64,000 nt of DNA from Candidatus Omnitrophica bacterium UBA6249 (GTDB lineage: Bacteria; Omnitrophota; Gorgyraeia; Gygaellales; Profunditerraquicolaceae): NCBI GenBank assembly GCA_002441305.1, contig DJVT01000003.1, positions 39,226 to 103,225 on the forward strand. The letters are read 5' to 3'. Both the position numbers and the translations under genes were made by a program. The notes beneath the pieces are model-generated. The model saw nothing but the letters and a program-made list of their open reading frames with translations, did not search any database and was not told the DNA's origin. This document shows positions 46,953-56,824 of the stretch, piece by piece (the first letter of the stretch is position 1; each line of letters opens with the position of its first letter).

Positions 46953-47066
46953 CTGTAGACAGTTTACGTAAGTCTTTCTAATTAATATAGTTGTGTAAGA
47001 AATATACCACGGAATGTTTCTTTTGTAAGTTATTTAACTGTAGATAGTTGTGTAAACTGTCTACAG
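46953..47066. repeat. 15-bp perfect inverted repeat with 84-nt spacer enclosing a promoter-like sequence and a 12-nt direct repeat
   Basis: CTGTAGACAGTTTAC (46953-46967) pairs with GTAAACTGTCTACAG (47052-47066). ATAGTTGTGTAA occurs at 46987-46998 and 47044-47055. On the minus strand, TTACAA (47023-47028) is separated by 16 nt from TATATT (47001-47006). Confidence 0.8.
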
Positions 47067-47351
47067 GCGCTTATAAACCCTGGATTCCATCTCCAGCACA
47101 TACTTGAGGCCGGTTACCTTCACCCTCTTTTCCCTCATAATATACCAAATATGGCTGAGCTTATCCAATTCGCATTTTGAATAAAGGCGTGACCCGCCCT
47201 TCTTCCTGCGCGGAGAGATAATCTCCTCGCGGTCCAATTGTTTGAGCACCCAAACCGGTATATGCAGCAAGCGGCAGACCACACCGCTGGTATAAACCGG
47301 CTCATCTATTCTTACCTCAAAAATATCCCCGTATTTAATCTCTCTCTTCAT
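47061..47351 (-). CDS. MerR-family regulator, HspR-like
   Basis: MerR HTH (YTSGVVCRLLHIPVWVLKQLDREEIISPRRKKGGSRLYS). It is small (96 aa) and lies 4 nt downstream of clpB. Confidence 0.7.
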   Translation of the reverse strand: MKREIKYGDIFEVRIDEPVYTSGVVCRLLHIPVWVLKQLDREEIISPRRKKGGSRLYSKCELDKLSHIWYIMREKRVKVTGLKYVLEMESRVYKRL

Positions 47352-47355
47352 CTTT

Positions 47356-49941
47356 TCACTGCGCCTTTATCTGGAATTTATCCGCCTTCTCATCATAATC
47401 CACGGAGATATTAGCCCCCTCCTTAATTTCCCCCTTGAGCAATTTAAGGGCAATCGCATCATATATCCTCCTCTGGATCAGCCTCTTGAGGGGGCGGGCG
47501 CCGTAAGCCGGATCGAATCCCTCTGCGCAAATCTCACCCTTGGCCTTTTTGGTAATATCCACTTCGATCTTCCGTTCGGCCAGGCGTTTTTTAAGGTCAT
47601 TGACCTGCAACTCGATAATAAGCTGCACATCCTTTTCTGAAAGCTTATTGAAAACAATAATCTCGTCCAGGCGGTTGAGGAACTCCGGACGGAAATTCTG
47701 CTTGAGCAGATTGCCTATCCTCTCCCTGGCCTCCCGGGCGTCCTTTGCCTCCTGCACCATCTGTGTGCCGATATTGGAGGTCATGATAATAATCGTATTC
47801 TTGAAATTGACCACCCTGCCCTGCCCATCGGTGAGGCGTCCGTCATCCAGCACCTGGAGCAAAACATTGAAAACATCATGGTGAGCTTTCTCGATCTCAT
47901 CAAAAAGTATCACGCTGTAAGGGCGGCGGCGCACCGCTTCGGTAAGCTGTCCGCCCTCCTCGTACCCCACATACCCCGGAGGCGCACCGATCAGGCGGCT
48001 AACCGAATGTTTTTCCATATACTCGGACATATCGATACGCACCATGGATTTCTCGTCGTCAAACAAGAACTGCGCCAGGTTCTTTGCCAGGTAAGTCTTT
48101 CCGACGCCCGTTGGCCCGATGAACAAAAACGTCCCCAGCGGACGATTGGGATCCTGCAGTCCGCTGCGCGAACGGCGGATGGCGTTCGAAATCAACCCCA
48201 CCGCCTCATCCTGCCCAATGATCTTCTCCTTTAATCTGTCCTCCATCGCAACAAGCTTCTCGATCTCCCCCTGCATCAGGCGGGAGAGCGGTATGCCGGT
48301 CCACTTGGAAACGATCTCTGCGATATTCTCTTCGGTAACCTCCTCCTTGAGCATAGAACCGTCCTTCTGGAGCTTGGCCAGTTCCTTATTCTCCTCCTCG
48401 AGCGCCCGGTCGAGTTCAGGCAGCCTGCCGTAGCGTATCTCGGCGACCTTGGCAAGATCCCCCTGCCGTTCAAGCTGGGCATCCTCGAGCTTAAGACTCT
48501 CGATCTCCTCTTTGCTCTTGCGGATACGGTCGATGATCTCCTTCTCGCGCCCCCAGCGCGCCTTAAGCGCCGCGGTTTTCTCTTTAAGCGAGGCAATATC
48601 TTTTTCCAGCTTCTTGAGCCGCTCCTTGGAAACGCTATCCTTATCCTTCTTAAGCGCCTGGCTCTCGATCTCCATACGCATCAGACGCCTGTCAAGCTCG
48701 TCAACCTCGGTGGGAGAACTCTCGATCTCCATCTTAAGGCGCGAGGCCGCCTCATCTACCAGATCGATCGCCTTATCCGGAAGATTACGGTCAGTAATAT
48801 AACGGTGTGAAAGAGTCGCAGCGGCGATCAACGCGCTGTCCTTTATCCTGACCCCGTGATAAACCTCATACCTCTCCTTAAGCCCCCTCAAAATCGAAAT
48901 GGTATCCTCCACGCTCGGCTCTCCCACAAATACCGGCTGGAACCTGCGTTCAAGGGCCTTGTCTTTTTCGATATATTTGCGGTACTCATCGAGGGTGGTC
49001 GCCCCGATACAACGCAGCTCCCCGCGCGACAGGGCGGGCTTAAGCATATTGGAGGCATCCATCGCCCCCTCGGTCTTACCTGCCCCCACCAGGGTATGCA
49101 ACTCGTCTATAAACAATATGATCTTGCCGTTAGACTTCTCGATCTCACGCAGTACAGCCTTGAGGCGCTCCTCGAACTCACCGCGGAACTTAGAACCGGC
49201 AACCAGGCTCCCCAAATCCAAAGCCACGATGCGCTTATCCTTCAATGAAGAAGGCACGTCCTGGTAAGCGATCCTCCTTGCCAGCCCCTCCACGATCGCA
49301 GTCTTCCCGGTCCCCGCTTCCCCGATCAAGACAGGGTTGTTCTTCGTGCGGCGCGAGAGCACCTGGATAGTGCGGCGTATCTCGCTGTCCCTGCCGATTA
49401 CCGGATCGAGCTTTTCCCGGCGGGCAAGTTCGGTGATATCACGGGTATATTTCTCCAGGGCGCGGTATTTCTCTTCGGCATTCTGATCGGTGGCATTCTG
49501 CGAACCGCGGATCTCCTTAAGCACCGAGAGTATCGCCTGCCGGCCTGCCCCGTATTTTTTGAAAAGCGCGCTTACCTGGGCGTCCTTGGACTCGCTAAGC
49601 GCAATCCCCAGATGCTCGCTGGAGACATATTCGTCTTTAAGCGCGGCGGCCTCCTTGGAAGCGGTCTTAAAAAGCACCTGCAGTGAATTGGAAAAATAAA
49701 CCTGCATGTCATCGGAATCCACCTTCGGGACCTTCGAAAGCGCGGATACGACCTCCTCCTCCATTGCCTTGGGTGAAATACCGAGCTTCTCGAAAATCGC
49801 CTTCAATACCCCGTCCTCCTGCCTGAGAAGCGCAAGCAGCAGATGCATTTCACTCACATGCTGGTGGGAATAATCCCTGGCTATGCCTAAAGCGCCCTCA
49901 ACCGCCTCCTGGGCTTTATAAGTATAATTGTCGAATCTCAT
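47356..49941 (-). CDS. clpB: ClpB disaggregase (AAA+ chaperone)
   Basis: 861 aa with a Clp N domain, two Walker A sites ([18 protein letters not shown]), a long coiled-coil M domain and RPLKRLIQ. Confidence 0.97.
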   Translation of the reverse strand: MRFDNYTYKAQEAVEGALGIARDYSHQHVSEMHLLLALLRQEDGVLKAIFEKLGISPKAMEEEVVSALSKVPKVDSDDMQVYFSNSLQVLFKTASKEAAALKDEYVSSEHLGIALSESKDAQVSALFKKYGAGRQAILSVLKEIRGSQNATDQNAEEKYRALEKYTRDITELARREKLDPVIGRDSEIRRTIQVLSRRTKNNPVLIGEAGTGKTAIVEGLARRIAYQDVPSSLKDKRIVALDLGSLVAGSKFRGEFEERLKAVLREIEKSNGKIILFIDELHTLVGAGKTEGAMDASNMLKPALSRGELRCIGATTLDEYRKYIEKDKALERRFQPVFVGEPSVEDTISILRGLKERYEVYHGVRIKDSALIAAATLSHRYITDRNLPDKAIDLVDEAASRLKMEIESSPTEVDELDRRLMRMEIESQALKKDKDSVSKERLKKLEKDIASLKEKTAALKARWGREKEIIDRIRKSKEEIESLKLEDAQLERQGDLAKVAEIRYGRLPELDRALEEENKELAKLQKDGSMLKEEVTEENIAEIVSKWTGIPLSRLMQGEIEKLVAMEDRLKEKIIGQDEAVGLISNAIRRSRSGLQDPNRPLGTFLFIGPTGVGKTYLAKNLAQFLFDDEKSMVRIDMSEYMEKHSVSRLIGAPPGYVGYEEGGQLTEAVRRRPYSVILFDEIEKAHHDVFNVLLQVLDDGRLTDGQGRVVNFKNTIIIMTSNIGTQMVQEAKDAREARERIGNLLKQNFRPEFLNRLDEIIVFNKLSEKDVQLIIELQVNDLKKRLAERKIEVDITKKAKGEICAEGFDPAYGARPLKRLIQRRIYDAIALKLLKGEIKEGANISVDYDEKADKFQIKAQ

Positions 49942-49972
49942 ATCAAAACTCTCCTTTCCTGCTCATACACCA

Positions 49973-50038
49973 ATGTTATCATATTTCCGGACAATGTCAA
50001 GTGACTTCCGAAATATTAATTTCGCTTTCCGGAATATA
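49973..50038 (-). promoter_or_regulatory. clpB promoter region with three TCCGGAA-type motifs
   Basis: On the minus strand, TTGACA (49995-50000) is separated by 16 nt from TAACAT (49973-49978). Forward-strand motifs are ATATTTCCGGA (49981-49991), CTTCCGAAATATT (50005-50017) and CTTTCCGGAATATA (50025-50038). Confidence 0.45.
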
Positions 50039-50057
50039 CAAGGCCAAAAAAATACCT

Positions 50058-50945
50058 TCACCCTCCATTACGCCCGATAAAATCCCTCACCGCCTTAAGA
50101 TATAAGCCGCTGTCCTCGATATGATGCATATGGGAGGCGCCTTCGAAGACAATAAACTCCGACCCCGGGAGCATCTTGTGATAATACTCCGTGGAGGCGG
50201 GGGATGCCTCGTCATAACGCCCGCAGGTAAAAAGCGCCGGGGTTTTTATTTCCTTCAGGGCCTCCGCCCGCTCGTAATTCTTCAACGTACCGGTGATCGT
50301 AAACTCGCTCGGCCCCCACATATATTCATATACCCTGACCCCCATCTCATCGAAGGTCCTGGCGATGCATTCCGGCCAAGAAGGCAGGCGGCAGACATGG
50401 CGTCTGTAAAACTCCGTTATCGCCTTCTTATATTCTTCGGAAGAAAAATCGCCTTCTGCCTCGCTCCTTTTGATCGCCTCCTGCTCATCCCGGCTCATCT
50501 GCGCGATAAGATCCCGGCAGTCCCTTCCCCAAAGGGCAACGCTCAAACATGGCGAGGAAAGAACAAGGCTCATCACCCCTTCAGGCTTCCTGGAAAGCAT
50601 GTAATCTACGGCAAGCATCGTGCCCCAGGACTGGCCGAGAATATGCACCTTCTCCAGCCCCAACACCCTGCGCACCTCATCGATCTCCCCGGCAAAACGC
50701 CCGATACTCCATAAGGCATTATCCTCCGGCCGGTCGGATTTTCCGCACCCCAGTTGATCGTATAATATAACCGGCCTATCCGAAGACAAGGCAAGCAGCG
50801 ATTCAAGGTAATAATGCGGAGCCCCCGGCCCGCCATGCAGGAGGATAAGCGGAATCCCCGGCCTATCCTGCCCGCTGACAGAATACCAGATCCTTCCCCC
50901 CTCTACCTCAATATATCCTTCACTGCCGACATTTTTCATGCTCAA
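50058..50945 (-). CDS. proline iminopeptidase-family alpha/beta hydrolase
   Basis: HGGPGAPH oxyanion region, nucleophile elbow GQSWGT, and a C-terminal SHMHH. Confidence 0.8.
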   Translation of the reverse strand: MSMKNVGSEGYIEVEGGRIWYSVSGQDRPGIPLILLHGGPGAPHYYLESLLALSSDRPVILYDQLGCGKSDRPEDNALWSIGRFAGEIDEVRRVLGLEKVHILGQSWGTMLAVDYMLSRKPEGVMSLVLSSPCLSVALWGRDCRDLIAQMSRDEQEAIKRSEAEGDFSSEEYKKAITEFYRRHVCRLPSWPECIARTFDEMGVRVYEYMWGPSEFTITGTLKNYERAEALKEIKTPALFTCGRYDEASPASTEYYHKMLPGSEFIVFEGASHMHHIEDSGLYLKAVRDFIGRNGG

Positions 50946-52096
50946 CTGTCTTTTTCCTTATCCTCCTGCGTAACCTCCGGTTCTTTTACCGGGCTCTCCT
51001 GCGGCTTCAACTGCTTGGTCACATCGGTAACGCTCTGCTGTTTATCGTCAATTGCTATAGAACAAGGCGCAGCGCCCGGGGCAAGATCACACTCCTTCAA
51101 ATCAACCTTCTTCAAAAGAGTATTCTCGTATGTCTTGTAATAAAGCACCTTGTTGGTCAAATCCTTGATCACCACCCACTGCGCGTAGCCCTCGAGATTG
51201 ACAGAAGGTTCAGGATTCTCCTTGATCACTCCCTTGGGGATATCCACGACATTAAGAAGGTGCTGAGCCAAATTCACCGCCTGCTCCGCGTTCTCCACGG
51301 GCAAAGCTTGGTCAACGCACATAGCAAGGCGCACAAAACGCGACGGGGGAGTCCAATCCCCGGGCAGGCCGAGCATGCCGCTCCCCACCCCAGTAGGCTC
51401 GATCCCGATCCCGCCGATCGTCTTATCCTTCCTGTCGTGCGCATCCAGATTTATATAATTGCGCAAATTGTTGATCTGCCAGGGAAAATCCGGCCGGTTG
51501 GTCATTACGCCGAGCGGGTTATCGTAAACCTTTACCTGCCCGTCGATAAATTCGATCACCAGGTTCTTGCCGGAGGCATCGTGCACGGCGACATGCAAAT
51601 CCACATCGCCGCCCGCCTCCTTAATGTTCATACCGGAAACATTGACCTTCTTCAAAGCCTCGCGCACCTCATCGACCGTAGCAAAATTCCCCAACACCCA
51701 TGCTCCGAAATCGGCGATGGTGACGAACTTGCCGGGAAGCGGCAGCTGGTACTTGGCGCCGGTAAACATCAATGCATCATACGCCAGCCCCTCCTCATTA
51801 AACCCTTCCAGATAAACATCGGCAAAACCAAAGGCGTCTATCCCCAGGAACCCATATTTGTTCTTCCAGGTAATCCCCTTATTCTCCTTATCATCGACAC
51901 TTGTAAACTCCCTGCCGCGCGGGACAATTACGACATTAGAATGCAGGTCCACAGGATACTCCATGGAACGCCCGATCACCACCGTGCCGTCATTGGCCTT
52001 CAGTTGGAAATCGCTGCAGGCAAAAGACAAGCCGCATGCCAGCATCAAAAAAACACCCGCCATAACACAAATTGCCTTCACATGCCTTCTTAACAT
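50942..52096 (-). CDS. choloylglycine hydrolase-family Ntn hydrolase (linear amide C-N hydrolase), secreted
   Basis: The signal peptide ends in FACSDF, giving an N-terminal nucleophile Cys after cleavage. The body is CGH-like, with a low-complexity acidic tail. Confidence 0.75.
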   Translation of the reverse strand: MLRRHVKAICVMAGVFLMLACGLSFACSDFQLKANDGTVVIGRSMEYPVDLHSNVVIVPRGREFTSVDDKENKGITWKNKYGFLGIDAFGFADVYLEGFNEEGLAYDALMFTGAKYQLPLPGKFVTIADFGAWVLGNFATVDEVREALKKVNVSGMNIKEAGGDVDLHVAVHDASGKNLVIEFIDGQVKVYDNPLGVMTNRPDFPWQINNLRNYINLDAHDRKDKTIGGIGIEPTGVGSGMLGLPGDWTPPSRFVRLAMCVDQALPVENAEQAVNLAQHLLNVVDIPKGVIKENPEPSVNLEGYAQWVVIKDLTNKVLYYKTYENTLLKKVDLKECDLAPGAAPCSIAIDDKQQSVTDVTKQLKPQESPVKEPEVTQEDKEKDS

Positions 52097-52097
52097 T

Positions 52098-52871
52098 TCA
52101 GCCTCCTTGTATTATACCTTCCCATATCGCATCCAGCGCTTCTGCCGCGCGCATGCGCAGCCTGATATCCACCAGCCCGGAGATCCCGCTGTCCTCCGGG
52201 TTGATCTCAACAGTCATCCTGCCCAGACATTTTGCGGCCATGATCGGCTGGCTGATATAAGGAAAAACACTGCTCGTGCCAACCGAAAAATAAATATCGA
52301 ACCCCTGTTCAAGCTGCCGCTCAAATACGGCCAGTTTATCCTGCGGGAGTATCTCCCCGAAGAAAACCACCTCCGGCCTGACCAGGCCTGCGCACTCGGG
52401 ACACCTCGGCGGAATTTCTATACCGCCGTAATCGGCAACTTCCTTACGCCATCCGCACCCCATACAAACAAGCTTGTGCAAGTCGCCGTGGATATCGATT
52501 ACGTTGCGTGAACCCGCCGCCTGATGGAACCCGTCGATATTCTGAGTCAATACCCATACGCGCTCAAAACGCTGTTCCATCATGGCAATAACCTGATGAG
52601 CGCGGTTAAAACTTGCCTTGCGGCAGTTCTCCTCTATCTGCAAGAGGTATTTCCAGGTAACCTCCGGGCGGCTCATCAACGTCTCCCCCGCCAAAGCCGT
52701 CTCGACCGGAATACCGTCCTCGGTCAACCTGTCATTATACAGGCCGCCGATACCGCGGTAAGTCGGCAGGCCGGAATCCGCGGATATCCCCGCTCCGGTA
52801 ATAAACAAAATGCTTTTAGATTCCTTTAAAAGCCCGGCGATCCGGGATATCTCTACAGTATGGTCGCTCAT
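52098..52871 (-). CDS. Sir2-family NAD-dependent protein deacylase
   Basis: GAGISADSGLPTYRG, QNIDGFH and the zinc ribbon CMGCGW...CPEC. Confidence 0.9.
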   Translation of the reverse strand: MSDHTVEISRIAGLLKESKSILFITGAGISADSGLPTYRGIGGLYNDRLTEDGIPVETALAGETLMSRPEVTWKYLLQIEENCRKASFNRAHQVIAMMEQRFERVWVLTQNIDGFHQAAGSRNVIDIHGDLHKLVCMGCGWRKEVADYGGIEIPPRCPECAGLVRPEVVFFGEILPQDKLAVFERQLEQGFDIYFSVGTSSVFPYISQPIMAAKCLGRMTVEINPEDSGISGLVDIRLRMRAAEALDAIWEGIIQGG

Positions 52872-52884
52872 ACGGCAAAATGCG

Positions 52885-53943
52885 TCATGCCTCGGATTTA
52901 GCTACATAAACCATCTGCGTAGGATAAGCGAATTCGATATGCTCTGCCTCGAATTTCTCCTTTATGGCAAAATTGATCTTCTGCTGGATATCCATATATT
53001 TATTGTAATCGCTCCCCAGGACGTAATAGACAACCTCGAATACCAGGGAAAAATCCCCGTAAGAGAAGAAATGCGCCCGGTCAAAAACCGTATCCTCGAC
53101 TCCCCTTATAATCTCTTCGATTATTTTAGGAATAGCCTTTAGCTGGGCCGAAGTAGTCTGGTAAACGACCCCCAGGCTGAAAAGGACCCTCCTCTTATCC
53201 ATGCGCTTATAGTTGCGCACGCGGGAATTCGTAAGGTCCGTATTGGAGAATACCAGCTGCTCGCCGCTCAAACTGCGTATGCGGGTAGTCTTTATCCCCA
53301 CGTGCTCTATAGTGCCCATGTAATCCCCGATGATTATAAAATCGCCCAACTCGAACGGCCTATCGAACAGTATTGCAAAATAGCTGAACAAATCGCCCAG
53401 GAGCGCCTGCGCGGCCAAGGCCACCGCCACGCCGCCGATACCCAAACCTGCAATAAGCGCCGAGATCTTGAACCCGAGATTATCCAGGAAAAAGATAATC
53501 GCCAACCCCCAGATGATCACCTTTGCCACCCTTGATACACCGTCAAGGCTGCGCTTCAGGCTCGCGCTCTCCCCTCTGCCGGCCAAATAGACCGAAAACC
53601 CGTAATTTATCAAAGATATGACAAAACGCACGACCGAAAATGTCAAAAACCCTATAGCGATGATATTTAGCACCTTCCTCAAAAGAGGGTGCAAAAATAG
53701 CATATCCACGGGCAGGTAAAAAAACCCGAAATAGGCAAGCGGCACGCCTATCCTCTTGGTCACCCTTACTATAAAATCATCGACGGTCGTAGCGGTCATC
53801 TCCGACCATTTCTTCAGGCGCTTTAAGATTACGTGCTCAACCAGCGTGACAACCAGCAATCCCGCAAGAAATATCGCAAGAGATAGAATATAATCCCAAA
53901 GACTGTTCCCCCAGAATATACAACTTTTAAGCTGCTGAATCAT
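52885..53943 (-). CDS. MscS-family mechanosensitive channel
   Basis: TM helices and the MscS beta domain (LGDFIIIGDYMGTIEHVGIKTTRIRSLSGEQLVFSN). Confidence 0.85.
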   Translation of the reverse strand: MIQQLKSCIFWGNSLWDYILSLAIFLAGLLVVTLVEHVILKRLKKWSEMTATTVDDFIVRVTKRIGVPLAYFGFFYLPVDMLFLHPLLRKVLNIIAIGFLTFSVVRFVISLINYGFSVYLAGRGESASLKRSLDGVSRVAKVIIWGLAIIFFLDNLGFKISALIAGLGIGGVAVALAAQALLGDLFSYFAILFDRPFELGDFIIIGDYMGTIEHVGIKTTRIRSLSGEQLVFSNTDLTNSRVRNYKRMDKRRVLFSLGVVYQTTSAQLKAIPKIIEEIIRGVEDTVFDRAHFFSYGDFSLVFEVVYYVLGSDYNKYMDIQQKINFAIKEKFEAEHIEFAYPTQMVYVAKSEA

Positions 53944-54002
53944 CTTTCAACCTCCTTGAACAAATAACCTTACATCCTTAAAAGATTTATCCTGCTTATT
54001 TC

Positions 54003-54836
54003 TTAAGAAGCCTTCTCAGGCAGCAGAAGCGTTACCACCGCGCGGATACCCCATTTTGGGCCGCCGCTGGGTGATTGCGCGTAATAGATCCCGGATATCC
54101 CCGCGCTTAGGAACCTGCCGAAAAACGGCACAACCTGGCTGACCCCTCCGATTAACGGGACCGTCCACTCCCTGCTTTCCCAATTATAAGTCGATTCGGA
54201 GGAAAATGAAATAGTAAATCCACTTTTTGAAGTATGCGAGAAAAAAGGCTGAAGGTAAGTGGCGTTTATGTCTTCGCGGCTGTTACTGCCTGCGTAAGAC
54301 CAGGTATGGTTGGCAAGAATACCTGCTGTCCACGGCCCGCACTGCTTGAGCACAACCCCGTTAGGCCCGGCCCCGTATTTTTCTAAGCCGAGAGACTTGC
54401 TGGCGGCCGTGGGAAAAAGAAAAACCGGACCTATGCCCCAAATCAACCCTCCCGGGCCGGGCTCCTTGGGAGAAAAGAAAGGTTCCAGCTCCAAATCCCC
54501 GAATCCCTCTTGCGAGCTTCCGCCGATAACATTTCTTTGGGAGATATAAGGCATGATCGGCCGAAGGATAAAATTCCAGTCATCGTTCAAGGAAAACGGG
54601 ACAACCGGTTGGAGCTTAAGCGTATAGCGGAAACCCTTCTTTTCCGGGCCGAGCCCGTATTCGAAGTTATTCTGTAAAGGTATACTGATAAGAGAAGCCA
54701 CCGGGTTCTGTAATTTCTTGGCTAACTTTTCACTTGTCGCAGAGGATGGCTCTTGCTCGTTCCGAGCCCCTTCCTGGGCAAAAAGAGGCCCGGCAGGCAA
54801 CAACAGCAAGACTGCGCAGCAAATAAATCTTTTCAT
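54003..54836 (-). CDS. putative outer-membrane beta-barrel protein (MetA-pathway/phenol-degradation-like transporter family)
   Basis: Signal peptide and alternating beta-strand pattern. The family assignment rests on general resemblance only. Confidence 0.4.
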   Translation of the reverse strand: MKRFICCAVLLLLPAGPLFAQEGARNEQEPSSATSEKLAKKLQNPVASLISIPLQNNFEYGLGPEKKGFRYTLKLQPVVPFSLNDDWNFILRPIMPYISQRNVIGGSSQEGFGDLELEPFFSPKEPGPGGLIWGIGPVFLFPTAASKSLGLEKYGAGPNGVVLKQCGPWTAGILANHTWSYAGSNSREDINATYLQPFFSHTSKSGFTISFSSESTYNWESREWTVPLIGGVSQVVPFFGRFLSAGISGIYYAQSPSGGPKWGIRAVVTLLLPEKAS

Positions 54837-55426
54837 AAAGTTCTACAGGTATGATGCAACTTTAAACCCCGCGCGAATTTCTTTACCCTTCCGCGGATTC
54901 CTTTTATATCCTCAACCTCCCCCGACTCCCGCGCATCCGGCACCAGAAAAGAACTAAAATTCATCTCACTGTAATCTGCGATGAACTTAAAAGACTTCTC
55001 GACTATATCCAGCCCGATATCCTCATAGGCGCTCAAGATAAGCCCCATCGACTTCCCTCTCATCGGAGAGACGAAGGTATCCGTCTTATTATCCCATTTA
55101 TAAAGCGAGAACATCCGGTCGATGATCAGCTTAAGCTGGGCGCTCGGCCCGTAGAAATAAAGCGGGGTGGCAAAAACGATTACATCCGCCTTCTGCATCT
55201 CTTTTAAGACATCATTGACATCGTCCTTAAAGACACATTCATACTTGGCGCTCTTCTGACAGGCCCGGCAGGAAATGCACCCGTTTACCTTGGATGACAA
55301 AGACGCTGCACGCACGACCTTAACGCTTGCGCCTTCTTTCCTCGCCTCCTGAGCGAACCAAGCAACAAACTTGGCGGTATTACCGTTTTTTACGGGACTG
55401 CCGTTGAGAATGAGAATTTTCTTCAT
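54833..55426 (-). CDS. flavodoxin-like FMN reductase / iron-sulfur flavoprotein
   Basis: Start trimmed to MKKILILNGSPVKNGNT. A Cys cluster CISCRACQK is present. Confidence 0.75.
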   Translation of the reverse strand: MKKILILNGSPVKNGNTAKFVAWFAQEARKEGASVKVVRAASLSSKVNGCISCRACQKSAKYECVFKDDVNDVLKEMQKADVIVFATPLYFYGPSAQLKLIIDRMFSLYKWDNKTDTFVSPMRGKSMGLILSAYEDIGLDIVEKSFKFIADYSEMNFSSFLVPDARESGEVEDIKGIRGRVKKFARGLKLHHTCRTL

Positions 55427-55437
55427 GGTTACCGCTT

Positions 55438-55899
55438 TCATTTTACCTTCTCCATATGCACCAGCGTTACGCTGTTATCTTTTTCCTCTCCGGATACTTT
55501 ATATCCGAGCTTTTGATAAAAGTTTATGTTTTGGACGCTCTTGCTTCCGGTCCCCAGTTCGTATTTAACTGCGCCCGGGAAACAACCCTCCACCGCCTCC
55601 ATCAGCTTCCTGCCGATGCCCTGTTTTTGGTATTCCGGCAGCACGATCAACCGACCGATCCAGCAAACATTATCACAAACCCTGGCTTTTACCGAACCAA
55701 CGATCATGCCGTCATCCAGGACAGCCTTAAGGAATAGATAAACATCAAAATCCTTAACCATCTCCTCCAGGGTCTGCGTCAACGCCCCGATCTGGTAATC
55801 ATTATATAATTGCGCCTCGCTAAGGAAAGCTTTTTTCTGGATATTCAAGATGGATGGCGCGTCGGGCTTTGAGGCTTTTTCGATTTTAACATTTTTCAT
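55438..55899 (-). CDS. GNAT-family N-acetyltransferase
   Basis: Acetyl-CoA binding motif VLPEYQKQGIGRKLM. Confidence 0.85.
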   Translation of the reverse strand: MKNVKIEKASKPDAPSILNIQKKAFLSEAQLYNDYQIGALTQTLEEMVKDFDVYLFLKAVLDDGMIVGSVKARVCDNVCWIGRLIVLPEYQKQGIGRKLMEAVEGCFPGAVKYELGTGSKSVQNINFYQKLGYKVSGEEKDNSVTLVHMEKVK

Positions 55900-55914
55900 A
55901 TATATTTCTTCTGA

Positions 55915-56739
55915 TCACTTCCAGGAAATTTTAGCAGGATTGCGCAGCGGTATCCGGCTATAACGGTATTTCGGATGGCCGATCATCATTACCGCTCCGG
56001 CTGTCGCGTGTGAAGATAAACCGGTGAATTTTCTTATTTTCTCCGACATGTTGATCGCCATATTCACATAACCCGCCCAGCAAGCTCCCAGCCCCAAGCC
56101 AAATGCCGCCAGTTCCAGATAGGTTGCCGCTATCGTGCATGACTGCGGGACCAGCGGGTCATCCTTAATCCCCTGGGCAATTACAATGCAAGGCGCGTTG
56201 CGGCAGATTAAATCCTCTCCATTTTTCCAGGCGCTGGCTAAACGGTCGAAACGAAAAGATATCGCCATCTGATTTTTAGCTTCCAGAAGCTCTTCGATCC
56301 ATTCCACGATCAAGGCGCCTAATTCACGCACTTTATCTTTGCCCATCACCGCGATCCAGCTCACCGGCTGGCGGTTGATCCCGGTAGGAGCATAACGGGC
56401 GATATCCAAAAGCTTCTCAATTGTTTCTTTAGCTACCGGCTCATCTTTATAGTTACGGATCGAGCGCCGGCTTTTCAGCAGAAGTTCTGTCTGTTCGGCG
56501 TTCGGCAGCTTTGCGTAATCCAGGCGCATCGCGTCTTTAACATCCATTGTCGAAAGCTTGATCGAACCCTTCGGGCAAAAAGCAAAACATTGGCCGCAGT
56601 TAATACAAGCCTCCCCGCCTCCCGGCACAAATTCCGGCACGCGCTCCTTCTCATTCATCTTCAAGATATGCATCGGACAGATCTCAACGCATTTCCCATC
56701 CCCGACGCAGGTTTTTTTATTGACTTCAATGGTAATCAT
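55915..56739 (-). CDS. nitroreductase-family protein with N-terminal 2x[4Fe-4S] ferredoxin domain
   Basis: CVGDGKCVEICP and CINCGQCFAFCP, followed by a nitroreductase fold (RRSIRNYKDEPV). Confidence 0.8.
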   Translation of the reverse strand: MITIEVNKKTCVGDGKCVEICPMHILKMNEKERVPEFVPGGGEACINCGQCFAFCPKGSIKLSTMDVKDAMRLDYAKLPNAEQTELLLKSRRSIRNYKDEPVAKETIEKLLDIARYAPTGINRQPVSWIAVMGKDKVRELGALIVEWIEELLEAKNQMAISFRFDRLASAWKNGEDLICRNAPCIVIAQGIKDDPLVPQSCTIAATYLELAAFGLGLGACWAGYVNMAINMSEKIRKFTGLSSHATAGAVMMIGHPKYRYSRIPLRNPAKISWK

Positions 56740-56776
56740 CCCTACCTCCACAATCCAAACCGCAACATGGTAAATT

Positions 56777-56790
56777 CCGGTCGCGACCGG
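56777..56790. repeat. degenerate copy of the GGTAG..CGGTCGCGACCG..CTACC palindrome family
   Basis: The core CCGGTCGCGACCGG is intact, but the flanks (GGTAAATT / GCGCCTACT) are no longer complementary. Confidence 0.7.
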
Positions 56791-56824
56791 CGCCTACTTA
56801 GTTTAAGAAAATAGAGCCGTCCCT

